A DNA stretch of 64,000 nucleotides from a virus. Where the stretch lies: the IMG/VR virus record IMGVR_UViG_3300045303_000152, positions 1 to 64,000 of that record; one strand, written 5' to 3'. Shown piece by piece: positions 37,072 through 46,920 of this stretch (the first letter of the stretch is position 1; each line of letters starts with the position of its first letter). Both the position numbers and the translations under genes were made by a program. The notes under the pieces are model-generated. The model saw only the letters and a list, made by a program, of their open reading frames with translations, had not been told where the DNA came from and made no database searches.

Positions 37072-38913
37072 CTAAGCCCTGATAATCATTGGAGCAACAA
37101 ACGTGGAATTAGAAGCCATCATATCGGTTGGCACTGGCCAGCTCGCTATGACCACGGCTTCTGCAAGGTTAGGTGACTGTCGATCATGCTCGGCCTTTAC
37201 AATCATGAGCTTCATCTTGGCCGATTTAGCCGTCGTCGCCTGCACTTGGCACAGCTCGTCACGCAGCTTGTGAAGCAAACCAATCTCAATGCTCTTAGTC
37301 TCAATGCAAATCATCTCCTTAACGTCAAACTTCTCACCGTTGACCACCGCGCGCCACGTATTATAGAATAGCCTGCCTACGTGGGTCCACGCCTGCGCCT
37401 TCATGTTCGCGTAGTAGTCCTTATTCATCATGGACTTTTCGTCGTTAGGCACAATCCGCCCAAAGGGATTAAGTGGGGTAGCACCTGCATTCCATGGCAC
37501 AAGAGTGAGCGAAGCTGGAAACAGATTGTCGTCGGCTAGCCTGAAACACTCGGCCTTGACGCCGGCGCCGACGCCTAGACAATCGTAGTTCAACGTGCAA
37601 GGCAAAAACGACTGGCACAAGCCAACGGCCATTCTTGCAGTTATGGCAGTGTCGCGAACGGCCCACGTGTTCAACGCCTTTACGGTCTGAGCCATCTTGA
37701 TCGCGCAGGCGTTGGCAGCTTCGCCACCATCGGCAACGTCTAGCCCGCCGTAAGTGTCGCCATCATCCATCGTGATGCCTAATTTCTCATTGGCATTGCA
37801 GGCGGCCTCAAACCACTCCTGCTTGATGATGGCGCCTTGGGTCACGGCAGCGTAATCGCGACCGATCTCGCGCGCGTACACGTGGCCGAGCCCTTTATCC
37901 TCAAACATTTTCTTGCGCTTGGCCGCCCACTCGGCGTTCTTTTCAGGGTGATCGCGCCAGTCGAGCAAAAACACATTGGCGCGCTCGGTCTGTATCTTTT
38001 TGCCGGGCGCCCACTCTATCCCAGCCTGCCGAGTTCGATGGAAAACAGTACCAGGAGCACTAACGCTGCTAATGTCAATGCGCACACGAGTATTTTCACT
38101 GAGCGAGCCTTCCACTGCATCGGGGCGCTCCAAGTAGGCTGCCTCGTCAACGAAGTACACCCTGGTTCTACCACCTCGCCCGATGTTGTCGCCAATCTCA
38201 CCGACAATCGACGAGCCGTTGTCGGGGTTGACGACCCGCTTGAACATCAGGTTCTCGTCTTTGAACTTCTTGGGCTTGAATATCGGCGGCATGCCGCGAA
38301 TGACCATACGCACTTTCTCAAAAATGCTGCTGGCATCGCCAAGCCGGTCGAGCTTCTCGCTGTTTGCCGAGCCCCACCCGATGGCCGAGCCCGGTATGAA
38401 CTTCCACATCCAAACCGAGTAGCCCACGCCGCACCACGTCGCGCCCATATCACGCGACTTTTCTACAAGCCCGGTGCCTTCCTCGACCACGCAGGCATGA
38501 AAAAACTGTATCAGCTCCTCTTGCCGCTTGAACAGCACGAAGGGAAATCGCGTCGGCAGGCCCCGGCCGGCGTTGCGGGGCTCATAAATATCTACCCAAT
38601 GGCACACAAACCTGACGGGATCATTGATGTACAAGCTTTCGATCATACTTGGATCGTCGTTAAACTTGCTCATCATCCGATGGCGCCAACGCTGCACCAT
38701 CACGTAATCGCGTGTGGGCCATTCCTCATGCGTCAAGGCATGAGGCTCAGGCGGATCGACCTGATTTGGTATTTTGCCGTCACGAAAGTTCATCTCATCT
38801 CTAATTTCGGCCAGCACGGCCTCCAGCAACACAGGATCAGCCTTGCCCAAAAAGTCGTCTTCGACTTGGGCGGTGTTATCTACTGTATTGCCCTTTAGCT
38901 TCTTACGTGCCAT
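37072..38913 (-). CDS. terL: terminase large subunit
   Basis: Walker A VEKSRDMGATW, GRGGR, Walker B YFVDEAA, nuclease GLDVADGG, SPNLAEA. Confidence 0.93.
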   Translation of the reverse strand: MARKKLKGNTVDNTAQVEDDFLGKADPVLLEAVLAEIRDEMNFRDGKIPNQVDPPEPHALTHEEWPTRDYVMVQRWRHRMMSKFNDDPSMIESLYINDPVRFVCHWVDIYEPRNAGRGLPTRFPFVLFKRQEELIQFFHACVVEEGTGLVEKSRDMGATWCGVGYSVWMWKFIPGSAIGWGSANSEKLDRLGDASSIFEKVRMVIRGMPPIFKPKKFKDENLMFKRVVNPDNGSSIVGEIGDNIGRGGRTRVYFVDEAAYLERPDAVEGSLSENTRVRIDISSVSAPGTVFHRTRQAGIEWAPGKKIQTERANVFLLDWRDHPEKNAEWAAKRKKMFEDKGLGHVYAREIGRDYAAVTQGAIIKQEWFEAACNANEKLGITMDDGDTYGGLDVADGGEAANACAIKMAQTVKALNTWAVRDTAITARMAVGLCQSFLPCTLNYDCLGVGAGVKAECFRLADDNLFPASLTLVPWNAGATPLNPFGRIVPNDEKSMMNKDYYANMKAQAWTHVGRLFYNTWRAVVNGEKFDVKEMICIETKSIEIGLLHKLRDELCQVQATTAKSAKMKLMIVKAEHDRQSPNLAEAVVIASWPVPTDMMASNSTFVAPMIIRA

Positions 38914-39667
38914 CACTTTCCTCGGGCTGCTTTACCAACTCAATCTCTTCAGCCTCGACCGCGTCCAACCTTCTCAAGCTTTGGTTAGGCGTTAAGGCTG
39001 CCTGCAATACCTGCATCAGCTTGCGGAGTTGATCGGTACTCATACCGCGAATATCGCTGATGTTGATTTGGCCGGGAACATTAGGGTTCTTAGCGGAGTC
39101 AGGATCACGCCCCCATAGCTCGGGATTGCGGTTAATCATCCAGAACTTAGCTGCGTTGAAGTTGCGTGGTACTTGCTCCTTATACCTGATGATCTTATGC
39201 CCCTCACCCTCCTGATTAAATATCTTGACTGCGGGTATCTCATAACCGACAGCCATCTCGTACATGCTGCGCATGACGTTGGCATCGACAAGGCTGGCCT
39301 GCCGACTTATGACGAGAGCTTGAGCAAACTCGGGGTAGCAGGTCTTCCACATGCGCAATACGGGCAACGTGGTTTTGAAGTACGTCACCAATTCCTTTTC
39401 CGTCGCGCCGTTGAGTACCTGAGCAGCAGCTTGCTGAGGATAATCCTCCTGATACTCGTGAAACAGCCGATTAAAACGACCGTTGCCGAAGTTCTGACGA
39501 ATGGCGCCTTCAGGTTTCGGCTTGGCAATGCGCTTGCCTACCTGCTCGATAGGAATTTCCTCAGGCTCGACTAATCGCTCGAAGCTGTCGTGAGCTCCGT
39601 TAAGTTTGGCCGGTAACAGACGCTTGCGCGGTAGCGGCTTTGCCTTGGGCTTTTTCTCTCGCGGCAT
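38903..39667 (-). CDS. terS: terminase small subunit
   Basis: GAT.KEL..YF......W...YPEF..AL, AAKFWMINR.PELW; GAGGAG SD; upstream of TerL. Confidence 0.85.
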   Translation of the reverse strand: MPREKKPKAKPLPRKRLLPAKLNGAHDSFERLVEPEEIPIEQVGKRIAKPKPEGAIRQNFGNGRFNRLFHEYQEDYPQQAAAQVLNGATEKELVTYFKTTLPVLRMWKTCYPEFAQALVISRQASLVDANVMRSMYEMAVGYEIPAVKIFNQEGEGHKIIRYKEQVPRNFNAAKFWMINRNPELWGRDPDSAKNPNVPGQINISDIRGMSTDQLRKLMQVLQAALTPNQSLRRLDAVEAEEIELVKQPEESDGT

Positions 39668-40619
39668 TAAACATTCTCCTCGCACGTTCTACTGAAGCCA
39701 AACCCCCACTACCCGGCCGGCAAACCACCGTGCTCATGTATGGGCTAGGTTTCCACCTCCGCTGCCCCTCAAGCTTGGTGTGCGGAAACCTACTGTAATC
39801 GAAATACCCCCTATGCTTCTTGTACCATCGCTTGACTAGAATAAATGTTTCCAACGGGCACCAAGGCAATGTACCTAATGCCTTGCGGTTGCCGCTGACT
39901 ATGAAAAAGAAGTCGTTGATATGAAACTTCTCCTCTGTACCCCTGTACATCGTGTAGAGCACGATGTTTTGCGCCGTACCGTACTGTGGCAACGGCAGCG
40001 GTACGACCTTCTTGCTCTGTTTGCACAATTCGAGCCATTTGGGATGTATCGTTATCTCAAACGAGGCGTAGGGGGTCTTCGCGTGGTGCTTGCTTATGTT
40101 AGGTGTCAGCTTCAGTTGTGCAATAGGGGGCGGCAAATCTAGGTCTGGCCACGTCACGGCGAGCTGCTGCCACAGCCTTATCCCGTCCCACAACGCCTTA
40201 TGGTAGACAACATGGGTTACGTTCATTTGCTTGAAGATGTTACGGTACATCTCCGCGTAGGTGCGAAAGCGAACCGGGTTGCCGTAGTAAGTAGCCTCTC
40301 TAATCAAGCCAAACAGAATGGTCATGTCCATGCCGGTCGGTATGCGCGGCTCGATGCGAATTCTGGGTGGCTTACCAGCACCGAGTAGGTCAGGGCACTT
40401 AGGCATCCAATGCATGATGACCTCTTTCTTCCAGTTGCTGGGCTCAACGCCCGCACTGCCTGGAAGTGTCACCTCGTACTTGGCTCCGGGCTTTTTACCG
40501 TATCGCCAAGTCCTTTCAACACGGCAATCCCGAGCCAGCGGTTGCGCCATTAGCTGACGAAACAGATGTACTCGGTTTTTCTTGTCACCATTCTTGAGGT
40601 TGTACTTGGGTTTGTCCAT
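39600..40619 (-). CDS. hypothetical basic protein, possibly replication-initiator (winged-helix)-like
   Basis: 339-aa co-oriented ORF; PTGMDM.IL..L...VRF.TY...F pattern only weakly suggestive. Confidence 0.4.
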   Translation of the reverse strand: MDKPKYNLKNGDKKNRVHLFRQLMAQPLARDCRVERTWRYGKKPGAKYEVTLPGSAGVEPSNWKKEVIMHWMPKCPDLLGAGKPPRIRIEPRIPTGMDMTILFGLIREATYYGNPVRFRTYAEMYRNIFKQMNVTHVVYHKALWDGIRLWQQLAVTWPDLDLPPPIAQLKLTPNISKHHAKTPYASFEITIHPKWLELCKQSKKVVPLPLPQYGTAQNIVLYTMYRGTEEKFHINDFFFIVSGNRKALGTLPWCPLETFILVKRWYKKHRGYFDYSRFPHTKLEGQRRWKPSPYMSTVVCRPGSGGLASVERARRMFNAAREKAQGKAATAQASVTGQT

Positions 40620-40623
40620 TGGC

Positions 40624-41001
40624 TCACACGACTAGCTGCATGAAGGCGACAACGTTGATAGGTCTCGACCCCCGACTGTATGCAACCAACCCCTGCCAGT
40701 ATCTAAACCTTGCCCCAAGTTGCTTCTGCGCGATCTTGCGCATGCTATAGCCCGTATTCCACACATCATCCACAACCAGCACTGTATTGGCTTTGGGCGT
40801 GATGTGTGGCTTGAGTAATTCTGCCAGGATTAACCCGCCCTTTGGCACACCGATCACCTTGCCAAAGGGTTGCAGCTTGGGAAGGCACGCCTCGACTATA
40901 ACCTTCCACTCAGGCGCGAGCATGTAATCACACTCGATCTTGAAGGGTACGGGAAAACCCGCTGCCCCAATGAACTCGCCCGGCACAAGCAACATCGGCA
41001 C
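40624..41001 (-). CDS. type I phosphoribosyltransferase-like protein
   Basis: VIGVPKGG and PRPP-binding loop VLVVDDVWNTGYSM. Confidence 0.8.
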   Translation of the reverse strand: MPMLLVPGEFIGAAGFPVPFKIECDYMLAPEWKVIVEACLPKLQPFGKVIGVPKGGLILAELLKPHITPKANTVLVVDDVWNTGYSMRKIAQKQLGARFRYWQGLVAYSRGSRPINVVAFMQLVV

Positions 41002-41199
41002 TCTCCACCCTTCCTATACGTTGACGTAGTCTATACCACCAAACGATAACTTTAGGCAAGTTAACCCAAGTCAAGTCGGTCAACGGAAATTAGAAGGTCT
41101 GTGATAGTTCACCACAATGAGTTGACTAATTGCCCCTAACTTGCAATACCTCAATACGATTTAGTCACGTCATTTAGTTTTAGGAGGCTCTGGGGCATC

Positions 41200-41769
41200 A
41201 TGAGAACTAGACGTGCAAGCCAATCAGCCGAAATTGAAACTATGACCTCCATCGAAGTACGAGGCATTGCATTACGCGAGTACTTAGAGCATATAATAGA
41301 GGAACGAGATAGACTCTACCATACACGGTTCGAAGCTTCCGCTATCGCTGTCAATGCCGCGCTGGCTGCACAAGAGAAGGCTGTAGCCGCAGCATTCTTA
41401 GCTTCAGAAAGAGCTATTAGCAAAGCTGAAGAAGCTCAGAAAGATTATAATGTGCGATCTAATGAATTTCGTGGACAACTTGATGATCAAGCTAAGGGAC
41501 TAATGCCTCGTATTGAGACTATGGGCATGTTCAAATCAATGGATGAGAAGCTTGAGGCTATGCGACGATTTTTTGAGAGCCGGCTCGAAAGCCAACGACT
41601 TTCATTTGAGAAAAGCACTGAGACTCAAGCAAAAGAGATAGCAAGCCTGCGTGAGTCTCGAAGCGAAATACAAGGTATCCGAATTAGTAGTCGTGAGACC
41701 TTAAGCTACGCGTTTGCTCTTATAGGTGTAGCTATAGCTGGAGTTACGTTATTATTGAAGTTCCACTAA
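41200..41769 (+). CDS. coiled-coil protein with a C-terminal TM helix
   Basis: AGGAGG SD; Ala-rich heptads; hydrophobic C-terminus. Confidence 0.7.
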   Translation: MRTRRASQSAEIETMTSIEVRGIALREYLEHIIEERDRLYHTRFEASAIAVNAALAAQEKAVAAAFLASERAISKAEEAQKDYNVRSNEFRGQLDDQAKGLMPRIETMGMFKSMDEKLEAMRRFFESRLESQRLSFEKSTETQAKEIASLRESRSEIQGIRISSRETLSYAFALIGVAIAGVTLLLKFH

Positions 41770-41789
41770 AGTTCAATTTTGAACTTTAG
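41766..41789. promoter_or_regulatory. palindromic operator-like site CTAAAGTTCAA-TT-TTGAACTTTAG
   Basis: perfect 11-bp arms; the core recurs at 54476-54493 and 60714-60729. Confidence 0.7.
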
Positions 41790-41889
41790 GTCCAGCCAAA
41801 CGTTGGTATGTTCAAGGGCACAAACCCCCGACAACATACCACTTGCACTCGGCAAGCTGCCGGGCGTGCTGGTATAGAAGAGATGTGAG

Positions 41890-42198
41890 ATGACAAAACT
41901 CTATAAGTGGCAATCGACTATCATGGATGAACAAGGCTTGCCGTTGAAAGGCGTTATTGTTCAAATTCGCCACGAGATGCCAGATTTACACTACCCCTTA
42001 GCTTGTCTCTATGCTGACCAAGCCGGCAACCACCTGCTCGGCAATCCAATTATCTCAGGCGACAAGGGTGAGGTCTCTTTCTTCGTAGTAAGGGGCGCGT
42101 ATCGAGTAGTTGCGACTATCGGCACCCGGATCCAACGAATATGGCGTTACGTCGGCATCGGTTTGATAACCGAACTAACCAAGGACAACGGAGAGTGA
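41890..42198 (+). CDS. stand-alone paralogue of the tail-fibre N-terminal domain
   Basis: aligns by eye with residues 1-88 of 15025..18378. Confidence 0.75.
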   Translation: MTKLYKWQSTIMDEQGLPLKGVIVQIRHEMPDLHYPLACLYADQAGNHLLGNPIISGDKGEVSFFVVRGAYRVVATIGTRIQRIWRYVGIGLITELTKDNGE

Positions 42199-42200
42199 CC

Positions 42201-43144
42201 ATGTTTACCAGAAGCCAAGCCAATGAAACAGCAAGTGCAATCATGTCGAGAAATACTACCTTCAAGGTGCTCGCTATCGTAGCGGTCAGCTGGACTCTCG
42301 GGCATCTATGGTCGAGCGTTAACCTGCTGGATAGGCGCGTAGCAACACTAGAAGCCGCCACCTCGACGTTGCAGCAATTGCAATTAGAACGGCAAAGGCA
42401 AAGCGATGCGCGTTAGAACCTACCGCAAGCAACAAAAGCGTAAGCGAGTAGTGCAAACTCGCTTGCTGCACTATTGGTGGATTATTGAAGATCCGGCTAT
42501 AATAGGCTCAGGTACGACTTGCATCAGATGTGGAGAAGTGCGTACGCTCGATAATATTCTATCAATATGCCCCGGCGAACGGTTGGAGAGTTAGCTATGC
42601 ACACCATTCGAGCAGAAGCTACGGAAGCAATCAGCGACTTCGCTAAGCGCATGGTTGTCGAGGCGTACACGCGCAACGACATGGTCTTTGGACTATTCAA
42701 CGAGCACACGTTGATGGCCAAGCCGGGCACCAAGGCTGAGGAAGTTGTGAGCATGTGGGATAGGCTACAATTGCGCGCTGCTATCAAGAACCAGCTAAAA
42801 CAGATGAATGCCCAGCGTCGCGGTCGTGGCATTACGTGGACTACAATGAGCGCCGATTGGTATCAAGAGTATGCTAGGCTGGAAGCACAACTAGCCAAGC
42901 TATCGAAAGGGTGACAGAAATGGCCGATGTACCAAAAGAGCACGCAACTCGTATCAGCAAGTGGTGGAGTAGCTTAACTGAAGCCCAGCGAGCCGATGTA
43001 TTAAAGATGATAGATGCTCATAACGCAAGCGAGCGTCGGTGGGAGGTAGCGACTAAGATTCTGCGATTTGTAATGCTGTGGCTGGTGCTCATGGCCGTGG
43101 TTGTGCCTATCACGCTGGTAATCGTCCGGCGGCTGTTCGAATGA
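42201..43144 (+). CDS. four small hypothetical genes (42201-42416, 42406-42594, 42597-42914, 42911-43144)
   Basis: abutting or overlapping start-stop codons, GGAG SDs; two have TM helices, one has CxxC. Confidence 0.6.
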
Positions 43145-43289
43145 CTTGCTGAGCAAAACCAATGGACTAGCCCTCGCATGAGTACAAGTCGCAATTGAGT
43201 TTCAGCCGAATTTGCAACCTTTCGCCAGCGCAGGCGTTACTATGGCGTGAGGCTCAGGCGAGCCGAATGGGTGAAAGGATCAAATCACC

Positions 43290-43394
43290 ATGGGCAATCC
43301 GATCGCAGTGATGTGGTTATTGGGAAATATAGCCCTCACAATTGGAGGCTGCATGGTACTGCGCTACTACCTGATGAACCACGACAAGAGGTAA
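43290..43394 (+). CDS. 34-aa membrane peptide
   Basis: MGNPIAVMWLLGNIALTIGGCMVLRYYLMNHDKR; AAGGA upstream; ends 6 nt before the next gene. Confidence 0.4.
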   Translation: MGNPIAVMWLLGNIALTIGGCMVLRYYLMNHDKR

Positions 43395-43400
43395 CATGCA

Positions 43401-43649
43401 ATGGGCATAGAAGCCATCGTGATGGGGCTCATCTATCTCTGCCTCATCGTCATAGCCATTTACCTAGTGATCTGGGTACTTGGCCAGCTCGGCATCAGCA
43501 TTCCAGACAACATCATGAAGGTGCTCTGGGTGATCGTGGTGCTGATCGCAGTGCTGGTGCTCGTTCGCACCGTGTTACCCGGCATGGGTATCAGATTAGG
43601 CGCCGTACATCACGGCGCGGTGCAGTACGTCATGGCAGCCATAACGTAG
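43401..43649 (+). CDS. two-TM small membrane protein (Thivi_2564-like)
   Basis: two very hydrophobic helices joined by a GISIP turn; GAGGT SD. Confidence 0.75.
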   Translation: MGIEAIVMGLIYLCLIVIAIYLVIWVLGQLGISIPDNIMKVLWVIVVLIAVLVLVRTVLPGMGIRLGAVHHGAVQYVMAAIT

Positions 43650-43684
43650 AACTCTAACCCCTGAAGTAACTGGCGCAAACTGAG

Positions 43685-43718
43685 GAGGCCCTAGGCTAAA
43701 CCCCTAGGGCCTCTTTTT
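43685..43718 (+). terminator. intrinsic terminator between convergent genes
   Basis: GAGGCCCTAGG/CCTAGGGCCTC stem followed by TTTTT. Confidence 0.85.
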
Positions 43719-43736
43719 CATGTCAGCAAGGTAGAT

Positions 43737-44180
43737 TTAGCTGACGGTCGGCGTGATGGCGATAGATGATAGCACTTGAGGCTCGGGCACCACTTCGACA
43801 TCTAGTGTCGCGGTGAACAAAACCCCACCAACGGTCACTTTGACATTGATGGTATCTACCCCCGCTGCGACAGGTACGGCACTAGCTGAAAGCCCATCTG
43901 CCGAACTGGTCAGCGTTTCGACCCCGGCATCCATGTTTTGCCACACCGGCACGTCATCTGGCACCACGGGTGAAAGCATGGGGTTGCCGTGCTGGTCTAG
44001 AAACGAAATGGCCGCTGTGAGGCTATGGCCAAGCGACAGTTTCACGTTCATGTAAACTTCTCCTTCGAAGGCTAAACCGCTACTGATGATTTCATCACCT
44101 AGCATCAAGAGCATGTACGTCGGGTGTTGCTTGTGCTTGTGATGCTTTCGGTGATGTTTGCGACGTATGTGCTTGAACAT
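43737..44180 (-). CDS. beta-rich (Ig-like) hypothetical protein; alternative start 44051
   Basis: AAGGAG SD before ATG 44051; the longer form has a His/Lys-rich N-terminus. Confidence 0.6.
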   Translation of the reverse strand: MFKHIRRKHHRKHHKHKQHPTYMLLMLGDEIISSGLAFEGEVYMNVKLSLGHSLTAAISFLDQHGNPMLSPVVPDDVPVWQNMDAGVETLTSSADGLSASAVPVAAGVDTINVKVTVGGVLFTATLDVEVVPEPQVLSSIAITPTVS

Positions 44181-44276
44181 TCTTAGTACCTCGTCATGGC
44201 TCGTACCCCTTTTCGCTCTGAGCTAAAACTTGCTACCTGCGCCCCTTGCATACGCGCAAAGTGTGACGGCAGCAAG

Positions 44277-44807
44277 TCAGCTAAAGCGGGCGAACTCGCC
44301 GTGGAATTTTCAGGCAGCTTTGCGGTAGGCGAGCCATGCTTTGAATGGAGTGTTGAAGGTACCGAGCCGGTGTACTTTACGGTTTTTAGTGATTGTAGCT
44401 TTGTACTGATGTGGACTCACACAATGAACGCCTTTGTAGTCGCTAGATTTGGTCATTCGCTTTTTGTTGGCCATGTTTTGTGAGAACGTAGCTAGTCGTA
44501 AGTTGGTCCAACGATCATTAGCAGGCATGACGTCTCTGTGTTCTATTTGATAGCCGTGTGGGGGCCATTCACCTTTTACGATCACCCAAATTAGATGCGA
44601 TGCTTGGTATCGACCGTAGTCTAACCACACTTGCCTGTGCCCGTCGCTTACGATGGTGCCGGCAATGCTTCCAGCTCTTACACGTTGTCGGCTTTTGCGC
44701 CATGTGAGCACGCCCGTTTTTGGATCGTACTTCAATATGCTGCGAACTCGTTTTATGGAAGGTTTGCTCATTTGGGCCTGACGTTGGGGGTTGCGTAGCA
44801 TTAACAT
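44277..44807 (-). pseudogene. HNH-AP2 endonuclease with a premature TGA at 44310-44312
   Basis: YDPKTGVLTW, H.D....NDRWTNLRLAT..QN, YKGV, LGTF; the frame continues KFHGEFARFS after the stop. Confidence 0.75.
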
Positions 44808-45624
44808 ACGTTGTGCGATTTAGCTAGAACTCGGGTTCAAAATTGCACTGATGTTCTAATACCCCAATTTTGCCGTAAAAATTGGCGGATGTAAAATTTG
44901 CGAAAGGGCTTTTGACCCCTGGCTACTTAGATCTTTTACCGGATTTACCTTAGAAAATTATATCTACAGAATTTTGGGGCTGCCCCGCAAAGTTGTATCC
45001 GCATCTGTTGCTGGAAATCAACACAGTGAAAATTTCGAACAACCAGTCTGAGCCAGCGCTTGACATCCGTTGTATTTACATCCGAACGTCAATGCATAAA
45101 GCCTTTGATTTACTTGTCAATATGGCTCTTTTGCAACACGTTGCATTCTGCGATTGACGTGTCTTTTTGGCAACGATTTGTATTGCATCTACACTTCCGC
45201 TTCGGGCTGGCGTTGCCCAATTGTAAATAAAAGGCGACCTGTGATCCCCCGACAACACTTCAATTGAAAACCCGACATCGCACACAACTGCCATTGACTA
45301 TGGCAATCGCAACACTGATTTGCAATGCACCTACATCCCCAGCAGGTTCGCGACCGTAACTCCCTCGCAACACTGGCTCGCACAATCGCACAAACGCACG
45401 GCATTGCAACATCGAATGACTATTGACACGCACGAATCACTTCCAGGCTAGGGTACTAGCTAAAGGCTCGTTTGCTTGTCAGCGGCCACGCTAGGCGCAT
45501 TGGCTGCGTTGAGCCTTACAACTCTGTCATTGGCACAAGGTTTGCACTCGCGCACACATGCGCATGCCTGAGCAATGAGCGACCGATCACCCTGGCAAAC
45601 TCTAGTTGCAACAGCACCGCAACG

Positions 45625-45657
45625 TTAACGCTTTTTTAACTGATTGCGCCTTATACC
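45625..45657 (+). promoter_or_regulatory. CtrA-binding site TTAA-N7-TTAAC over the -35 region of a candidate promoter
   Basis: TTAACGCTTTTTTAAC 45625-45640; TATACC -10-like hexamer 11 nt downstream. Confidence 0.72.
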
Positions 45658-45997
45658 TTGGGCGTCGTCGGGTTGACGGCATGGGTACCTAGCGCCGTGA
45701 TGGCGTCAGTTGCCCCCCTATGAAACCCGATGCCCCAACCGGCGCCCATTCACTCGGCTTTTGCGCGCTGCTGCTGCGGGGTTTGCTACCAGCATCGCCA
45801 GTGCCCATCGTGGCCGCGTGCGAGGCATGGTCGGCCGCTAGTGCGGTCGGGCAATAGCACTCACGAGCTAGAGCACCAACGTCGCCCCATTGCTTACCGT
45901 CACACGCGCGCACCGTCGCTGCACCGTGACGCGGGCATGGCTACCGGCGCCCGTAACCCCTAGCACCAACAAACCCCAAACTTGCGAAACCCATGTT

Positions 45998-46087
45998 TCG
46001 CCTTCAATGCTCGGCACGCGCGCACCGTCGCCACAGCACGAGCATTGCGGCCGATACCATCGGGCATGATTGAACTAATCAGCATGC
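45998..46087 (+). repeat. multi-hairpin element, copy 1
   Basis: CGCC-T-T-CAATGCTCG/CGAGCATTG-C-GGC, then CGAT/ATCG-G, then a third hairpin and SD. Confidence 0.7.
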
Positions 46088-46115
46088 AAACCAACATCGA
46101 CGGGGGTTTTACACT

Positions 46116-46367
46116 ATGACGCGAATTGATCGGTACAAGCACAATCGCAACGTTGCCGAGCAATCGGCAACACTCACGGTCGGCTCAATTGTGCGCATCA
46201 CTAGCGAGCACAATTTTTACAACGGTCGGCTTGCAGTCATCATCGGGCACGTTCAATTCGCAATGAGCGAGCTTGATTGCTATTGGGTGCGTATCACTGA
46301 TACGCAAGTCACTTGCCTTGAACGGGCAAACGAACTGCGCTTGATTGATCGTCAGCACTCAAACTAA
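46116..46367 (+). CDS. hypothetical protein (SH3/KOW-like)
   Basis: GGGGGTTTTAC SD; VGSIVRI....FYNGRLAVI. Confidence 0.7.
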   Translation: MTRIDRYKHNRNVAEQSATLTVGSIVRITSEHNFYNGRLAVIIGHVQFAMSELDCYWVRITDTQVTCLERANELRLIDRQHSN

Positions 46368-46380
46368 GGGGTTTACACTG

Positions 46381-46800
46381 ATGGTTAAACGCCCATTCGA
46401 CGGCATCAACGTTGATGCCTTGCAAGCTTGGCTCGATAACTTCGAGCGAGCGCACCCGACGACTAGCGTTAAGCCGGCCTTGCCCACTAAGGCGCAAACG
46501 TTTGCCGAGCTTGATCGACTCGCAACACCAACAACCCTTGCGACCGTGAGCATTCGCACGCGCAAGGGTTATCGACCGCTGAAGGGTTACAGCTACCCAT
46601 TCGACAGTACACCGAATGATAGCGTCGTGCATACGCTGGTGCATTGTTGGTTCATTGATTACGTCGGCCCCGACAAGCCCGCGCGCTATGGCAATGTCGA
46701 AATTTCGGCCGACGAAACGGCGACTTTGCTTGCATGGGTAGCCGAGTGGCGCATTGCGCGTCGTCGCCCCATCAAACGCGTGGCTAACTGCTATCGCTAA
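46381..46800 (+). CDS. hypothetical protein
   Basis: GGGGTTTAC SD before ATG 46381. Confidence 0.7.
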   Translation: MVKRPFDGINVDALQAWLDNFERAHPTTSVKPALPTKAQTFAELDRLATPTTLATVSIRTRKGYRPLKGYSYPFDSTPNDSVVHTLVHCWFIDYVGPDKPARYGNVEISADETATLLAWVAEWRIARRRPIKRVANCYR

Positions 46801-46807
46801 CCTTGCC

Positions 46808-46891
46808 TCGCCTCACTTGCCTGCGATCACTCGCGGGCTTGTGGGCCGATGCAATCGCATCGGTTGCCGTTTCGGCTTAGGCCCACGGCGA
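46808..46891 (+). repeat. multi-hairpin element, copy 2
   Basis: CGCC-T-CAC..GCCTGCGA/TCGCGGGC..GTG-GGC, CGATGC/GCATCG-G, third hairpin. Confidence 0.75.
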
Positions 46892-46920
46892 AAACACTGC
46901 ACACTGAGGGGTTTACGATC

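Noticed and set aside
44310-44312. Genome-wide TGA recoding
   Set aside because: Many genes end cleanly at TGA, often in ATGA overlaps; only one interrupted gene was seen
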